Positions 32,533-41,299 of a DNA stretch of 64,000 bases are shown in pieces. This stretch comes from Candidatus Latescibacterota bacterium. Its GTDB lineage: Bacteria > Latescibacterota > UBA2968 > UBA8231. The position numbers and the translations under genes were made by a program. Below the pieces are notes generated by a model, which was not told where the DNA came from, searched no databases, and saw only the letters and a program-made list of their open reading frames with translations. Position 1 is the stretch's first letter; each line of letters opens with the position of its first letter. Location: NCBI GenBank assembly GCA_965206595.1, contig OZ242214.1:4448001-4512000 (forward strand). Direction: 5' to 3'.

Positions 32533-33429
32533 TTGACAGCAATCCGTTCGAGCGACCGCTACCGGATGACCGCGGAGGAGAAGTACTACTTCGACCTGCG
32601 GGGGTACCTCGTGGTGCGGGATGTCCTTACCGCCGCGGAAACAGCCGAGTGCAACGCCGCCATCGACCGCTTCGCCGGGGAGATAAAGCAGCGCTCCCTC
32701 GAGGGAGGCGGCCTCGCCCGCGGCTCGCAGGCGCTTCGGGGGAACAGCGGGAGGCGCGAGCTCACCGGAATGCTCGGGTGGCCGGCGCCTTGGCGCGAGC
32801 CGTTCCGCAGGCTGCTCGTCCATCCCGTGGTGGTGTCGCGGCTGAACGAGATCAGCGGCCGCGGCTTCCGCCTCGACCACGGACCCACCCTGATCGCCGC
32901 CGCCCCCGGCACCGAGGGACACGCCCTCCACGGCGCCGGGGAACCGTTCGCCCCGGCGACCTGGTATCACCACCAGAACGGCCGCATCCACTGCCGCGGC
33001 GTCACCGTCGCCTGGCAGCTCACCGACGTCGAGGCCGGCGACGGTGGTTTCGCCATCGTCCCGGGAAGCCACAAGTCGCGCGAGCCCACCCCCGCGGAGG
33101 TGCGCTCCGCAGAGGACGACATGGGGCTGATCGCGCAGCCGCAGATGCGGGCCGGGGACGTGCTCTTCTTCGCCGAGACCGCAACCCACGGCACCCTGCC
33201 CTGGCGCGGCGCCGGAGAGCGGCGGTCCGTCCTCTACAAGTACGCCTCCCGGGGAGCGGCGCGCAGCGTCGGGCGATTCTTCACGCCCCGCGACCGCTAC
33301 GGCGGGTGGACGGAGGAGCTGACCCCCGAGCAGCAGGCGGTGCTGTACGGCCCCGGCGTCCACACCGGCGGGAAGCTGCCGATCCTCGAATCGGACGGAC
33401 GAACGGTTTCCGTCTCCGGGCGCAGGTGA
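32533..33429 (+). CDS. PhyH-family dioxygenase
   Basis: YFDLRGYLVV, LHGA, GGFAIVPGSHKS, THGTLPW. Confidence 0.85.
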   Translation: MTAIRSSDRYRMTAEEKYYFDLRGYLVVRDVLTAAETAECNAAIDRFAGEIKQRSLEGGGLARGSQALRGNSGRRELTGMLGWPAPWREPFRRLLVHPVVVSRLNEISGRGFRLDHGPTLIAAAPGTEGHALHGAGEPFAPATWYHHQNGRIHCRGVTVAWQLTDVEAGDGGFAIVPGSHKSREPTPAEVRSAEDDMGLIAQPQMRAGDVLFFAETATHGTLPWRGAGERRSVLYKYASRGAARSVGRFFTPRDRYGGWTEELTPEQQAVLYGPGVHTGGKLPILESDGRTVSVSGRR

Positions 33430-33602
33430 GGCCGTGTCCTGGCTCGCCCATATTCCGCCGCGGCAGGGGGCCGCATCCCGGGCAGGTCCATTTGCCGCGA
33501 ACAATTGCGGTTCAGTCCAGGAAACTTCACTTGCGTGCGGTTCCTCTCCTCGATTCCTGACCAGCCCAACTGCGGCAATCCTTTCCCGCACAGGAGCCAG
33601 GC

Positions 33603-34484
33603 ATGGATGACAGGGAGCGGTATTACTGGGACCTGACGGGGTACCTGATCGTCAAGGGAGTCCTCGGTCCGGAGGAGCTGCAAAGGGCCAACGAGGCGGT
33701 CGATTACTGTCTTCAACACCACGTCTTCGATCCGGTGATGGATTCCGCCCGCCAGTCGCGGGCCCTGGGCGGTTCGCAGCGGCGGGCAATCCAGACCGAC
33801 ATGGTCCTGCTGACCCTGGAGAAACCGCACTGCGATCCGTTCCGTGAGATGCTCGCCCACCCGCAGGTCGTCGCCCGGCTCAACGTCATGTGCGAGCCCG
33901 GGTTCCGGTTCGATCACGGCCCCCACTTCATCGGCGGCGTCCGGGGAACGGAGGGCTTGGTGATGCACGGGGCCGGCGAACCCCACCGGCCGTTCGTCGG
34001 CTACCACCACCAGGGCGGCGAGTTCCACTGCCAGGGGGTGACCGTCTCTTGGTGCCTGGCCGATGCGCGCGCCGGCGACGGCGGCTTCGCCTGCGTTCCC
34101 GGCAGCCACAAATCGCGCGAGCCGATGCCGCCGGGAGTGCGGTCGTGCGACGCCGACATGGGCGTCGTCGAGCAGCCGGTGGTCGAAGCGGGGGACGTGC
34201 TGTTCTTCATGGACGGCGCCCAGACCCACGGCACCCTGCGGTGGAACGCCGACCACGAGCGGCGCTCCATCCTGTTCAAGTACGCCGGCCGCACCGCCTC
34301 CCGGGGAGGGGCCTCGCGGGAGGTGTCCCGGCCCGAGCGCTACTGGCCCGCGGAGATCGTCGGCGGCATGAGCGATGAGCAGCGGGCGGTGATGTTCGGG
34401 CCCTGCTCCGCCCCGGGGACGGACGAGGTGTTTCTGCGGGTGGATGAGGACGGCACGGTCCGCGTCGACAGGAAGGACGGTTAG
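33603..34484 (+). CDS. PhyH-family dioxygenase (tandem paralogue)
   Basis: WDLTGYLIV, MHGA, GGFACVPGSHKS, THGTLRW. Confidence 0.85.
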   Translation: MDDRERYYWDLTGYLIVKGVLGPEELQRANEAVDYCLQHHVFDPVMDSARQSRALGGSQRRAIQTDMVLLTLEKPHCDPFREMLAHPQVVARLNVMCEPGFRFDHGPHFIGGVRGTEGLVMHGAGEPHRPFVGYHHQGGEFHCQGVTVSWCLADARAGDGGFACVPGSHKSREPMPPGVRSCDADMGVVEQPVVEAGDVLFFMDGAQTHGTLRWNADHERRSILFKYAGRTASRGGASREVSRPERYWPAEIVGGMSDEQRAVMFGPCSAPGTDEVFLRVDEDGTVRVDRKDG

Positions 34485-34488
34485 CCGG

Positions 34489-35370
34489 TCAGGACCCGGC
34501 GGGGCCCAAAAGCGTGTCGAGTGGGCTCTCGATACGCACCAGGTCCTTCCGCTGCACGTGGGTGTAGATCTCCGTCGTTTTCGAGCTCCTGTGTCCGAGG
34601 AGCTCCTGGATGTAGCGCAGATCGGTCCCCCCTTCGAGCAGGTGCGTCGCAAAGCTGTGTCTCAGGGTGTGCACGGTCACCCGCTTGCGAATTCCCGCGG
34701 CGGCGACCGCACGGGAGAACACCTTCTGCACCGACCGTTCGGTGAGATGCCGTCCTTCCCGGGCTCCGGGAAACAGCCACGTCGACGGCCGGTAAGCCTT
34801 CCAGTAGGACCGAAGATCCTCGAGAATCGCCCTGGGCAGCAGGGTGTAGCGATCCTTGCGCCCCTTGCCCTGCTGCACGCGGATCAACATGCGATCGCTG
34901 TCGATGTCGCTCACCTTGAGACGCACGACCTCCCCCACACGCAGCCCCCCGGCATACACCAGGGCCAGGATGACCCGGTGCTTGGGATTCCGAAGGGAAT
35001 CGAGCAGTCGCAGCATTTCCCGCTGGCTGAGGATTTCGGGAAGCTGGCGACCGCCACGCGGCCTGCGCAGACCCTCCAGGGAGGCGGGCTGCTTAAGGAC
35101 TTCCCCGTAGAGGAAGCTGAGAGCACTGTATAAAATGTTGAAGGCGGAGCGGCTCACCCCGCGGTCGAGGAACCATTCGAGGTGGGACCGCACCTCGTCA
35201 TGCCGTTCCCCCCGGTAGTCCCGTTTCCACTGAAGGAATCGCCGGCAGTAGCCCATGTACGACTTCTGCGTTTTCCTCGCGTACCCCCTCAGCTTCAGCT
35301 CGGACTCGACCCGGTTCAGGATGGCGACCTCTTCGTCGGTCAGGTCTGGATGTCTCCGATAGCGCCGCAT
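34489..35370 (-). CDS. Tyrosine recombinase (integron-integrase-like, N-terminal SAM-like domain) lacking the IntI insertion
   Basis: LKLRGYARKTQKSY, YAGGLRVGE, GKGRKDR, HTLRHSFATHLLE, LLGH, TEIYTHV; only RPST between YWKAY and WLFP. Confidence 0.9.
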   Translation of the reverse strand: MRRYRRHPDLTDEEVAILNRVESELKLRGYARKTQKSYMGYCRRFLQWKRDYRGERHDEVRSHLEWFLDRGVSRSAFNILYSALSFLYGEVLKQPASLEGLRRPRGGRQLPEILSQREMLRLLDSLRNPKHRVILALVYAGGLRVGEVVRLKVSDIDSDRMLIRVQQGKGRKDRYTLLPRAILEDLRSYWKAYRPSTWLFPGAREGRHLTERSVQKVFSRAVAAAGIRKRVTVHTLRHSFATHLLEGGTDLRYIQELLGHRSSKTTEIYTHVQRKDLVRIESPLDTLLGPAGS

Positions 35371-35505
35371 GGGCCCGGTTACTCCAAGGCAAAGGTTTGG
35401 CCCTGCCGTAGAGAAAGCCGTGCCAGTCCGACACGGAAACCGGAAATCGTCCTATCTGTCGCAACCGCAATGAGTCACGTCGGATATCCCGAATCGGGAA
35501 AATAG

Positions 35506-35534
35506 TTGCAACTGTTCATCCCGAAACGTACCAT
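35506..35534 (+). promoter_or_regulatory. Candidate cassette promoter (Pc-like)
   Basis: TTGCAA(35506)-17-TACCAT(35529) pointing into the array. Confidence 0.5.
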
Positions 35535-35565
35535 CGTATCAGATAAGTAACACCCGGAGGCCATT

Positions 35566-35600
35566 ATCCGAACCATTTGTTCGGATTCAATCAGTTATGC
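35566..35600 (+). other. attI-like primary recombination site
   Basis: Inverted repeat ATCCGAAC-CATTT-GTTCGGAT (35566-35586), then G|TTATGC (35594); its downstream sequence is complementary to the end of cassette 1. Confidence 0.7.
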
Positions 35601-35652
35601 GAATTTGCGCTCAGGGTTGACGTAAAGAAATCAAACGAAAGATAGCTACGCC

Positions 35653-36519
35653 TTGAAAGTGACGTTTCTCGGAACATCATCCGCTCCGTCGATGCCTATA
35701 CCGTTTTGCGTTTGTCAGGCGTGCTCAAACGCAAGGCGAGTTGGTGGAAAGAACCTTCGCAGGCGATCGTCCATCACAATCAACGACGAAGTGCTTGTGG
35801 ATATTGGCCCAGACATAGCGACCGCGTCATTCGATTACGACGTTTCGTTGACCGGAATCAGCGTCTGCCTATTGACTCATGCCCACGAGGACCACTTTGA
35901 TGCCGAGTTCATCATATCAAGACACGATGAATACGCAACTATCGTCGCACAGGACATGCTCCTTGCGGGTTCAATCGACGCGCTGAGGTCTATTGACACG
36001 ATTCTAGGCAGAAGGTGCTCGTACGGAAGCATCTTCGATCAAGAAACACAACGTGCCCTGAAGGTTAATCTGTTGACCGTCGAGCCATTCGAGACTCAAG
36101 TTGTCGGTGATTACCGTTTCACAGGATATCCCGCGAGTCACGGCACCGAGAAGGGATGCCTGCTTTACTCAATCGAGCAAGGTCAGCACGCTATATTTTA
36201 TGGTACTGATACATCGATTCTGTCGGAGAGAGTTTGGGAGCATCTTCTGCGCCAAGGCACGCAGTTCGACTTGCTCGTGCTCGATCACACGTACGGCATC
36301 GGTTTCGATGCTAGTCCGGCAGATCATCTGGCATCCGTTGATGTAATAGGCCACGTCGATCGCTTTCGGCGAAACGGTCTTCTTAAGGACAACGCGAAGG
36401 CATACGCGACTCACATTTCGCACGAAGGTTACATGGAGCATGACGAACTCGACGAGTATGCCGAAGCGCACGGTTACAGAGTCGCGTTTGACGGATTGGC
36501 GCTATCATTCAGTGTTTGA
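35653..36519 (+). CDS. Cassette 1: MBL-fold metallo-hydrolase (PhnP-like)
   Basis: FLGTSSA, CVCQAC, THAHEDH, YGTDT, THISH. Confidence 0.85.
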   Translation: MKVTFLGTSSAPSMPIPFCVCQACSNARRVGGKNLRRRSSITINDEVLVDIGPDIATASFDYDVSLTGISVCLLTHAHEDHFDAEFIISRHDEYATIVAQDMLLAGSIDALRSIDTILGRRCSYGSIFDQETQRALKVNLLTVEPFETQVVGDYRFTGYPASHGTEKGCLLYSIEQGQHAIFYGTDTSILSERVWEHLLRQGTQFDLLVLDHTYGIGFDASPADHLASVDVIGHVDRFRRNGLLKDNAKAYATHISHEGYMEHDELDEYAEAHGYRVAFDGLALSFSV

Positions 36520-36541
36520 ACAAGACACGAGCGCAAAACTC

Positions 36542-36632
36542 GCATAACAGCACGGTGTTGCGCGGCGGCGCATTCGCGCCTTGGCCTTCGGCAACCCACT
36601 TCGTGGGTTCGCAAACCGGCAGAACGTTAAGC
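36542..36632 (+). repeat. attC-like site 1 (type A)
   Basis: GCATAAC...CGGTGTTGCG/CGCAAACCG stem, internal hairpins...GTTAAGC. Confidence 0.8.
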
Positions 36633-36972
36633 GAAGGCCAAGAGAATTTGATTGTTTTTGTGGAGTATAGATCATGATAGGGAGTGGGAGGGATCGGTAC
36701 TATCCGACCCAGGTCGGCGCTGTTTGAAGAGATGGGCAGCTCGTCGTTTGTGGATTTCCCCACCCCGTCCGGCGCGCTAATACCGCTTGGGCGTTGCGTT
36801 TTACCTGGTTCAGGAAAAAGACGAGATCAATGGGCAGTTGGAGATCAGGACCTGCGGATTGGGAGACCGACGAAAGATGGAGGGCTGAGCAAGGGCGCCG
36901 GACGGCCTCTCCACCGCCCAAGCCCGAGAGTTTTCTCCCATCGTGGTCGGGCAGAGCAGGCCCTCGCTTAAC
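36627..36972 (+). ncRNA. Cassette 2: ORF-less structured element (candidate ncRNA)
   Basis: No credible ORF; paralogous to cassette 3; 11-bp helix 36765-36775/36895-36905. Confidence 0.5.
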
Positions 36973-37050
36973 ACCTGTGTCCCCGGCTCCGGGCCCTGGG
37001 GGCCCCTCGCGCAACCGCTTCGCGGTTCGGGGGCACGGAAGACGTTAAGC
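36966..37050 (+). repeat. attC-like site 2 (type B)
   Basis: GCTTAAC...CTGTGTCCCCG/CGGGGGCACGG, AACCGC-TTC-GCGGTT...GTTAAGC. Confidence 0.82.
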
Positions 37051-37381
37051 GAAGGCAAACGAAGTTTTAAGGATTGTGTGGAGTATAGATCATGATAGGG
37101 TGTCGGAAAGGTCGGTGGTATCCATCGAATGTGGCGCAATTTGCGAGGTGGGCACCTCGTCGCGAGGGACTATCCCCACCCCGTCTGGCGCGCTGTTACC
37201 GACCGTGCGTTGCGTGCCGGTTACGAGATAAAAGCCCATCGGTCGAGATCTCGGAAGCTGGCTCACGATTTAGAGTTGGAATGGAGATGGCTCAGGGAGA
37301 AGGGCGCCAGACGGCCTCTCCACCTCCCAAGCCTGAGAGGTCTTTCTCTTCGTGGTCGATGTGTGCAGGCCCTCGCCTAAC
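37045..37381 (+). ncRNA. Cassette 3: ORF-less structured element (candidate ncRNA)
   Basis: Paralogue of cassette 2; helix 37181-37191/37304-37314 carries a compensatory change. Confidence 0.5.
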
Positions 37382-37458
37382 ACCTGTTCCCCCGGCTCCG
37401 GGCCCTGCGGGCCCTTCGCGCAACCGCTTCGCGGTTCGTGGGCACCAAGACGATATAT
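37375..37458 (+). repeat. attC-like site 3 (type B, core mutated to GATATAT)
   Basis: GCCTAAC...GGGCCC-TGC-GGGCCC, AACCGC-TTC-GCGGTT...GAC GATATAT. Confidence 0.78.
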
Positions 37459-37550
37459 GACATGGGTTGTCACAGTACCAGTGAAATTCGACAGAGGCAA
37501 AGCTGGCACGGTTGAAATCATGAGCCTGCAGGCGCTGGAGAAAAACTGAC

Positions 37551-38042
37551 GTGGATCGCGTAGCCGTATTCGCAGATGTACAGAATGTTTACTACACAGT
37601 TAAGCAGCAACATAATTGCCATTTCGACTATGGTTCTTTCCTCAGGGAGGCGACAGCCGGCCGGAAACTGGTGAAGGCAGGAGCCTATGCTATTGACAAA
37701 GGCGACAGAAAGCAGGCCCAATTTCAGCAAATTCTGAAACGGCTCGGTTTTGAGGTAAAGCTCGCGCCTTATATTCAGAGAGCTGACGGCTCAGCCAAAG
37801 GGGACTGGGACGTGGGCATTACGGTCGATATGTTGGAGTACGCAGATCGCGTGGATGTCGCTGTCCTGGCTTCAGGTGACGGAGACTACGCGCCTGCAAT
37901 TGACAAGCTAATCAAGGAATCCAAGGTATCCGTCGAGGTGTACGGTGTCCCAGGACTAACTGCTAGTCGTCTAATCGAATCGTCGACGCGATTTGTGCCA
38001 ATTCAAGGAGATCTGTTGCTGCCTATTCCCACCACGTGGTGA
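37551..38042 (+). CDS. Cassette 4: NYN domain (LabA/DUF88) protein
   Basis: VFADVQNVYY, KGDWDVGITVD, LASGDGDY. Confidence 0.88.
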   Translation: MDRVAVFADVQNVYYTVKQQHNCHFDYGSFLREATAGRKLVKAGAYAIDKGDRKQAQFQQILKRLGFEVKLAPYIQRADGSAKGDWDVGITVDMLEYADRVDVAVLASGDGDYAPAIDKLIKESKVSVEVYGVPGLTASRLIESSTRFVPIQGDLLLPIPTTW

Positions 38043-38140
38043 CGTGGAAGCGACACTGTTGCAAAGCCATGCACGCTAACGCACTCTCGCGTCGCTACCT
38101 CTCTGCGTTGATCAGCCTTGGAGCAATCATACCCACGTCA

Positions 38141-38161
38141 TATATACGGAAGACGTTACCT
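38141..38161 (+). repeat. Collapsed attC-like site 4 (internal hairpin missing)
   Basis: TATATAC-GGAAGAC-GTTACCT; flanks are complementary to neighbouring cassette ends. Confidence 0.65.
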
Positions 38162-38190
38162 GCCATGGCAGTGCCCAGAAGGAGAGACAC

Positions 38191-39323
38191 ATGAAGGCCC
38201 TGACATCCATTATCGCCGCCTCAATCCTTCTCCTCTCGCCCATCCTCGCCCACGAACGAGAAGAACCCCCGGAGGGAGCCGTGGCCCGAACCGTCCTGCC
38301 AGACGCCAAGATGCCGATCATGAACGAGCACTCCCGTTCCACCCTTGTCTGCGCGATGTACGCCCTGCTGCCGGCTCTCGGGCAACAGGGCTGGTCGATC
38401 CCTCGACTGGAAGCGCTGACGGGATACGCCTTCTACTTTCAGATGCGGGAGGGCGGCGAGTCGGTCTTCGACGACGATCTCGATTGGGGCCTGGCCATGC
38501 ACGTCCTCGACATCTTTGGTCAAGCGAAAGTCTATGATGCGGACAAGAACTCGGACGTTGATCTCCCTGCGCTCAAGGCCGAAGCGCGAGACGCAGTCGT
38601 CGCCAGCCTGGAGAACGGACTTCCCAGCCTCGTCTGGGCGCCACTGAGCCTGGAGCAGAGGGGCAAGGTCCATTTCGCATGCTGGGGCCTCATCGTCGGC
38701 TACAACGCGGCAGACGAAACATACTTGATCCGCCAACCGGCCGAGAAGCTCGACTACCCGGTCCGCTTTGACGCCATCGGGTTCGCCGATCCGAGAGATT
38801 GGTTCCGCGTCGGCACCTTCAAGCCGAAAGAACTTGACGACAACGCTCTGCACCTCACCTCACTCCGCAATGCCGTCGCCTTCGCGAACGGCACTCGCTA
38901 CGACAACCCCCCAGGTCCGTCGAGGCCGCCCTCGTGCATCCCCCGAAAAACCCCTATGGATTCGCCGCCTACGAGCTCTGGCAGGAAGCGTTCGAATCTG
39001 ACGTAAATCTGAACGCCACGTTCTTCCACACAGAAACCCTGAAACCGCGTAGAGAGGCCGCGGCCGCCTACCTGCGGGAGCTCACCCATGTCTATCCGGC
39101 CGCCGCCAATCCGCTGGAAGCAGCAGCCGTTCACTATGATCGAGAGGTCGAATCCATCACCGCAATCTTCGACCTGTGCGTTGCCGCCACCAAGCACGAG
39201 CCCAAGGCCTTCACCCCCGACCAGCGCGCCGAAACCCGCTCCCTCATCGCCCAGCCGTTGAAGGCCGACCGGGCCGCCGTGGCGCAGATCGAGGCCGCGC
39301 TCAAGATTCTGGAGACGCCGTGA
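38191..39323 (+). pseudogene. Cassette 5: secreted hypothetical protein, frameshifted near 38940
   Basis: AGGAG RBS, signal peptide; ORFs 38191..39006 and 38934..39323 join at C/A homopolymers. Confidence 0.65.
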
Positions 39324-39407
39324 GGCAGGCTCAGCGTGCTCTTGACCGGGGCCCATCGTGAGGGGGGAGTACGCTGTTTCTTTGCCGATTCTCAAACTGC
39401 CACAGGC

Positions 39408-39490
39408 AGGTAACACGTCCGTGCCCGGCTTCGGGCTTACGCCCTTCGCGCAACCGCTTTCGCGGTTCGGGCACGGCGAAAACGTTATGT
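39408..39490 (+). repeat. attC-like site 5 (type B)
   Basis: AGGTAAC, perfect CCGTGCCCG/CGGGCACGG stem, two inner hairpins, GTTATGT. Confidence 0.82.
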
Positions 39491-39538
39491 GACATGGAAT
39501 AACTACCCCTAGATGAAATTTTCGCTCTACGAGCTATA

Positions 39539-40345
39539 ATGACAGAAGCAAAAGTTCTCTCACAAGATGACCTCGACCACTTCGAGACACATGGCTACAT
39601 CATTTTTCGCGGCGCATTTGATCCAGATGACTGCCGGCAGATGGAGGACATTGTCTGGCGTTGGTTGGAACGGCATGGTATCATGCGGAACGACCCCAGC
39701 ACCTGGGATCGGAATCAGGCAGGTGGGCTAAGCCGGACGGTTCGATCTACCCGTGTATTTCGCGATGCAGTATCAGAGCAGTTCGTATCGGCGATCGATC
39801 AGCTGTTGGGAACAGGTAGTTGGGAGAAACCCCGAGATTGGGGCAGTTTTGTGTTCTCGTTCCCCGAAGCCCTCGATGAACAGTGGAATGTCGCTAGCGG
39901 GAATTGGCACTGGCGCAACTCGGGTCTCCGCAACGTGGATAAGCTTGATGGGCTTTTCAATTTCTCGTTCATAACCGAGGTTCAATCTCACGGCGGTGGA
40001 ACGCACATAGCCGACGGGAGTCATCACCTGATAAGGCACTTCTACCGCACGCAAGAGAGCCTGTTTTCCCGGAACGACAGGATAGTCAAGAAGAGGTTCT
40101 TTAGTACTCATCCATGGCTCAGGGAACTGACGCAGGCAAGCGAGAATTCCATCACTCGCGTCAGACGGTTTAGGGATCAAACGACTGATGTTAATGGATT
40201 CCCCGTCCGCATCATTGAGTTGACCGGGAAGCCTGGTGACGCCATGATCGGCCATCCACTCCTGATGCACTGTCGGTCAACGAACTGTGCTGACGTGCCG
40301 AGGTTCATGAGGGCCTGTGAAATACACACGACCGCTGACAAATAG
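39539..40345 (+). CDS. Cassette 6: PhyH-family dioxygenase-like protein
   Basis: HFETHGYIIFRGAF, GGGTHIADGSH, GKPGDAMIGHPLLMH. Confidence 0.8.
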   Translation: MTEAKVLSQDDLDHFETHGYIIFRGAFDPDDCRQMEDIVWRWLERHGIMRNDPSTWDRNQAGGLSRTVRSTRVFRDAVSEQFVSAIDQLLGTGSWEKPRDWGSFVFSFPEALDEQWNVASGNWHWRNSGLRNVDKLDGLFNFSFITEVQSHGGGTHIADGSHHLIRHFYRTQESLFSRNDRIVKKRFFSTHPWLRELTQASENSITRVRRFRDQTTDVNGFPVRIIELTGKPGDAMIGHPLLMHCRSTNCADVPRFMRACEIHTTADK

Positions 40346-40377
40346 TTTGGAACCAATCTTCCATTCGGGACCACGTC

Positions 40378-40398
40378 ACATAACGAAGAACGTTTATA
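40378..40398 (+). repeat. Collapsed attC-like site 6
   Basis: ACATAAC-GAAGAAC-GTTTATA. Confidence 0.65.
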
Positions 40399-40454
40399 CG
40401 AACTGAGAAAACCAATCATCGTGAATCCGAGGCGAATCAGACAAGGCTTTACGA

Positions 40455-41174
40455 ATGATCCTTGAAGCATTGAATGATCTTTTCACATCAGAATTGCTGG
40501 CTGCCCACCCTGAAGAATGGGGCGTGACCGATCATTGTGATCCGCCTTCCAGCGTAGGGTACGCGACCACGATTACTCCGAGGGCTATTTCGACGGCACT
40601 CGACCGTGGTGCCGACGTAATTGTCACGCATCATGACGCCTGGGATTTCATGTATGAACAAAGAGAGCAGGTATACGATCTCTTACGCGACAACAGCCTG
40701 ACCCATGTATGGGCCCACTTGCCGTTGGACCAGTCCGACTTTGGCACATCGGCTACGCTTCTCTCGAAAATTGGCTGCGTGGAGGTCTGCAAGCCATCGA
40801 AAGGTGAAGTACGCATTGGTGAACTGGATGAATCAACTGACTTCGAGGCGATCCGTTTGAAGCTCGATTCCCTATTGCAGGAACAACCACGTAGCCTCCA
40901 TGATTGGGGTCGAGCCATCCGCAGAATAGGCTGCGTGACTGGGGCGGGCGTCTACACGAGTTACCTCAAGGATGCGATGCCCCATGATATTGACCTTTAT
41001 CTGACAGGAGAGACTAACCTTTACTTATTGGAGTATGCCGTCCACCTTGGACTCAGCGCCCTGGTTTACTCCCACAACTATACCGAGTTGCCAGGAGTCC
41101 ATATGTTCGCAGAGCGTTTTTGCCAAGCTCTTCAACTCGAGATGAAGGGACACCTCGGTGACTCTCACTTCTGA
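40455..41174 (+). CDS. Cassette 7: Nif3-like dinuclear metal centre protein
   Basis: VTHHD, AHLPLD, VTGAG, LYLTGE, HNYTE. Confidence 0.85.
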   Translation: MILEALNDLFTSELLAAHPEEWGVTDHCDPPSSVGYATTITPRAISTALDRGADVIVTHHDAWDFMYEQREQVYDLLRDNSLTHVWAHLPLDQSDFGTSATLLSKIGCVEVCKPSKGEVRIGELDESTDFEAIRLKLDSLLQEQPRSLHDWGRAIRRIGCVTGAGVYTSYLKDAMPHDIDLYLTGETNLYLLEYAVHLGLSALVYSHNYTELPGVHMFAERFCQALQLEMKGHLGDSHF

Positions 41175-41195
41175 TTCGGTAAAGCGACTCAATTC

Positions 41196-41287
41196 GTATA
41201 ACACCGCGGCGTTGCGCTGCGTCGCTGTTGCTCCTTGGCCTCCGGCAATCTGGCAACGCCAGATTCACAAACCGTGAAACGTTATAT
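41196..41287 (+). repeat. attC-like site 7 (type A)
   Basis: GTATAAC...CGGCGTTGCG...CCTTGGCCTCCGGCAA...TTCACAAACCG...GTTATAT; similar to site 1. Confidence 0.78.
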
Positions 41288-41299
41288 GAAATATCTGAA

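Noticed and set aside
24893-33591. Long antisense ORFs (839 aa, 953 aa and others)
   Set aside because: Typical stop-poor antisense frames of GC-rich genes, with no motifs
34489-35370. Class 1-3 intI or xerC/xerD assignment
   Set aside because: Lacks the IntI insertion, and the context is not that of housekeeping Xer; no symbol given
35566-35586. Gram-positive LexA (Cheo) box
   Set aside because: The spacer is 5 nt (GAAC-N5-GTTC), not 4; kept only as an unassigned palindrome
36509-37549. Short ORFs over cassettes 2-3 (e.g. shared PTPYHDLYST)
   Set aside because: They cross attC sites or differ in start and frame between copies; the similarity reflects DNA-level conservation
36540-41290. 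CRISPR array
   Set aside because: Repeats are 80-90 bp, divergent and separated by 0.3-1.3 kb units; no cas genes recognised
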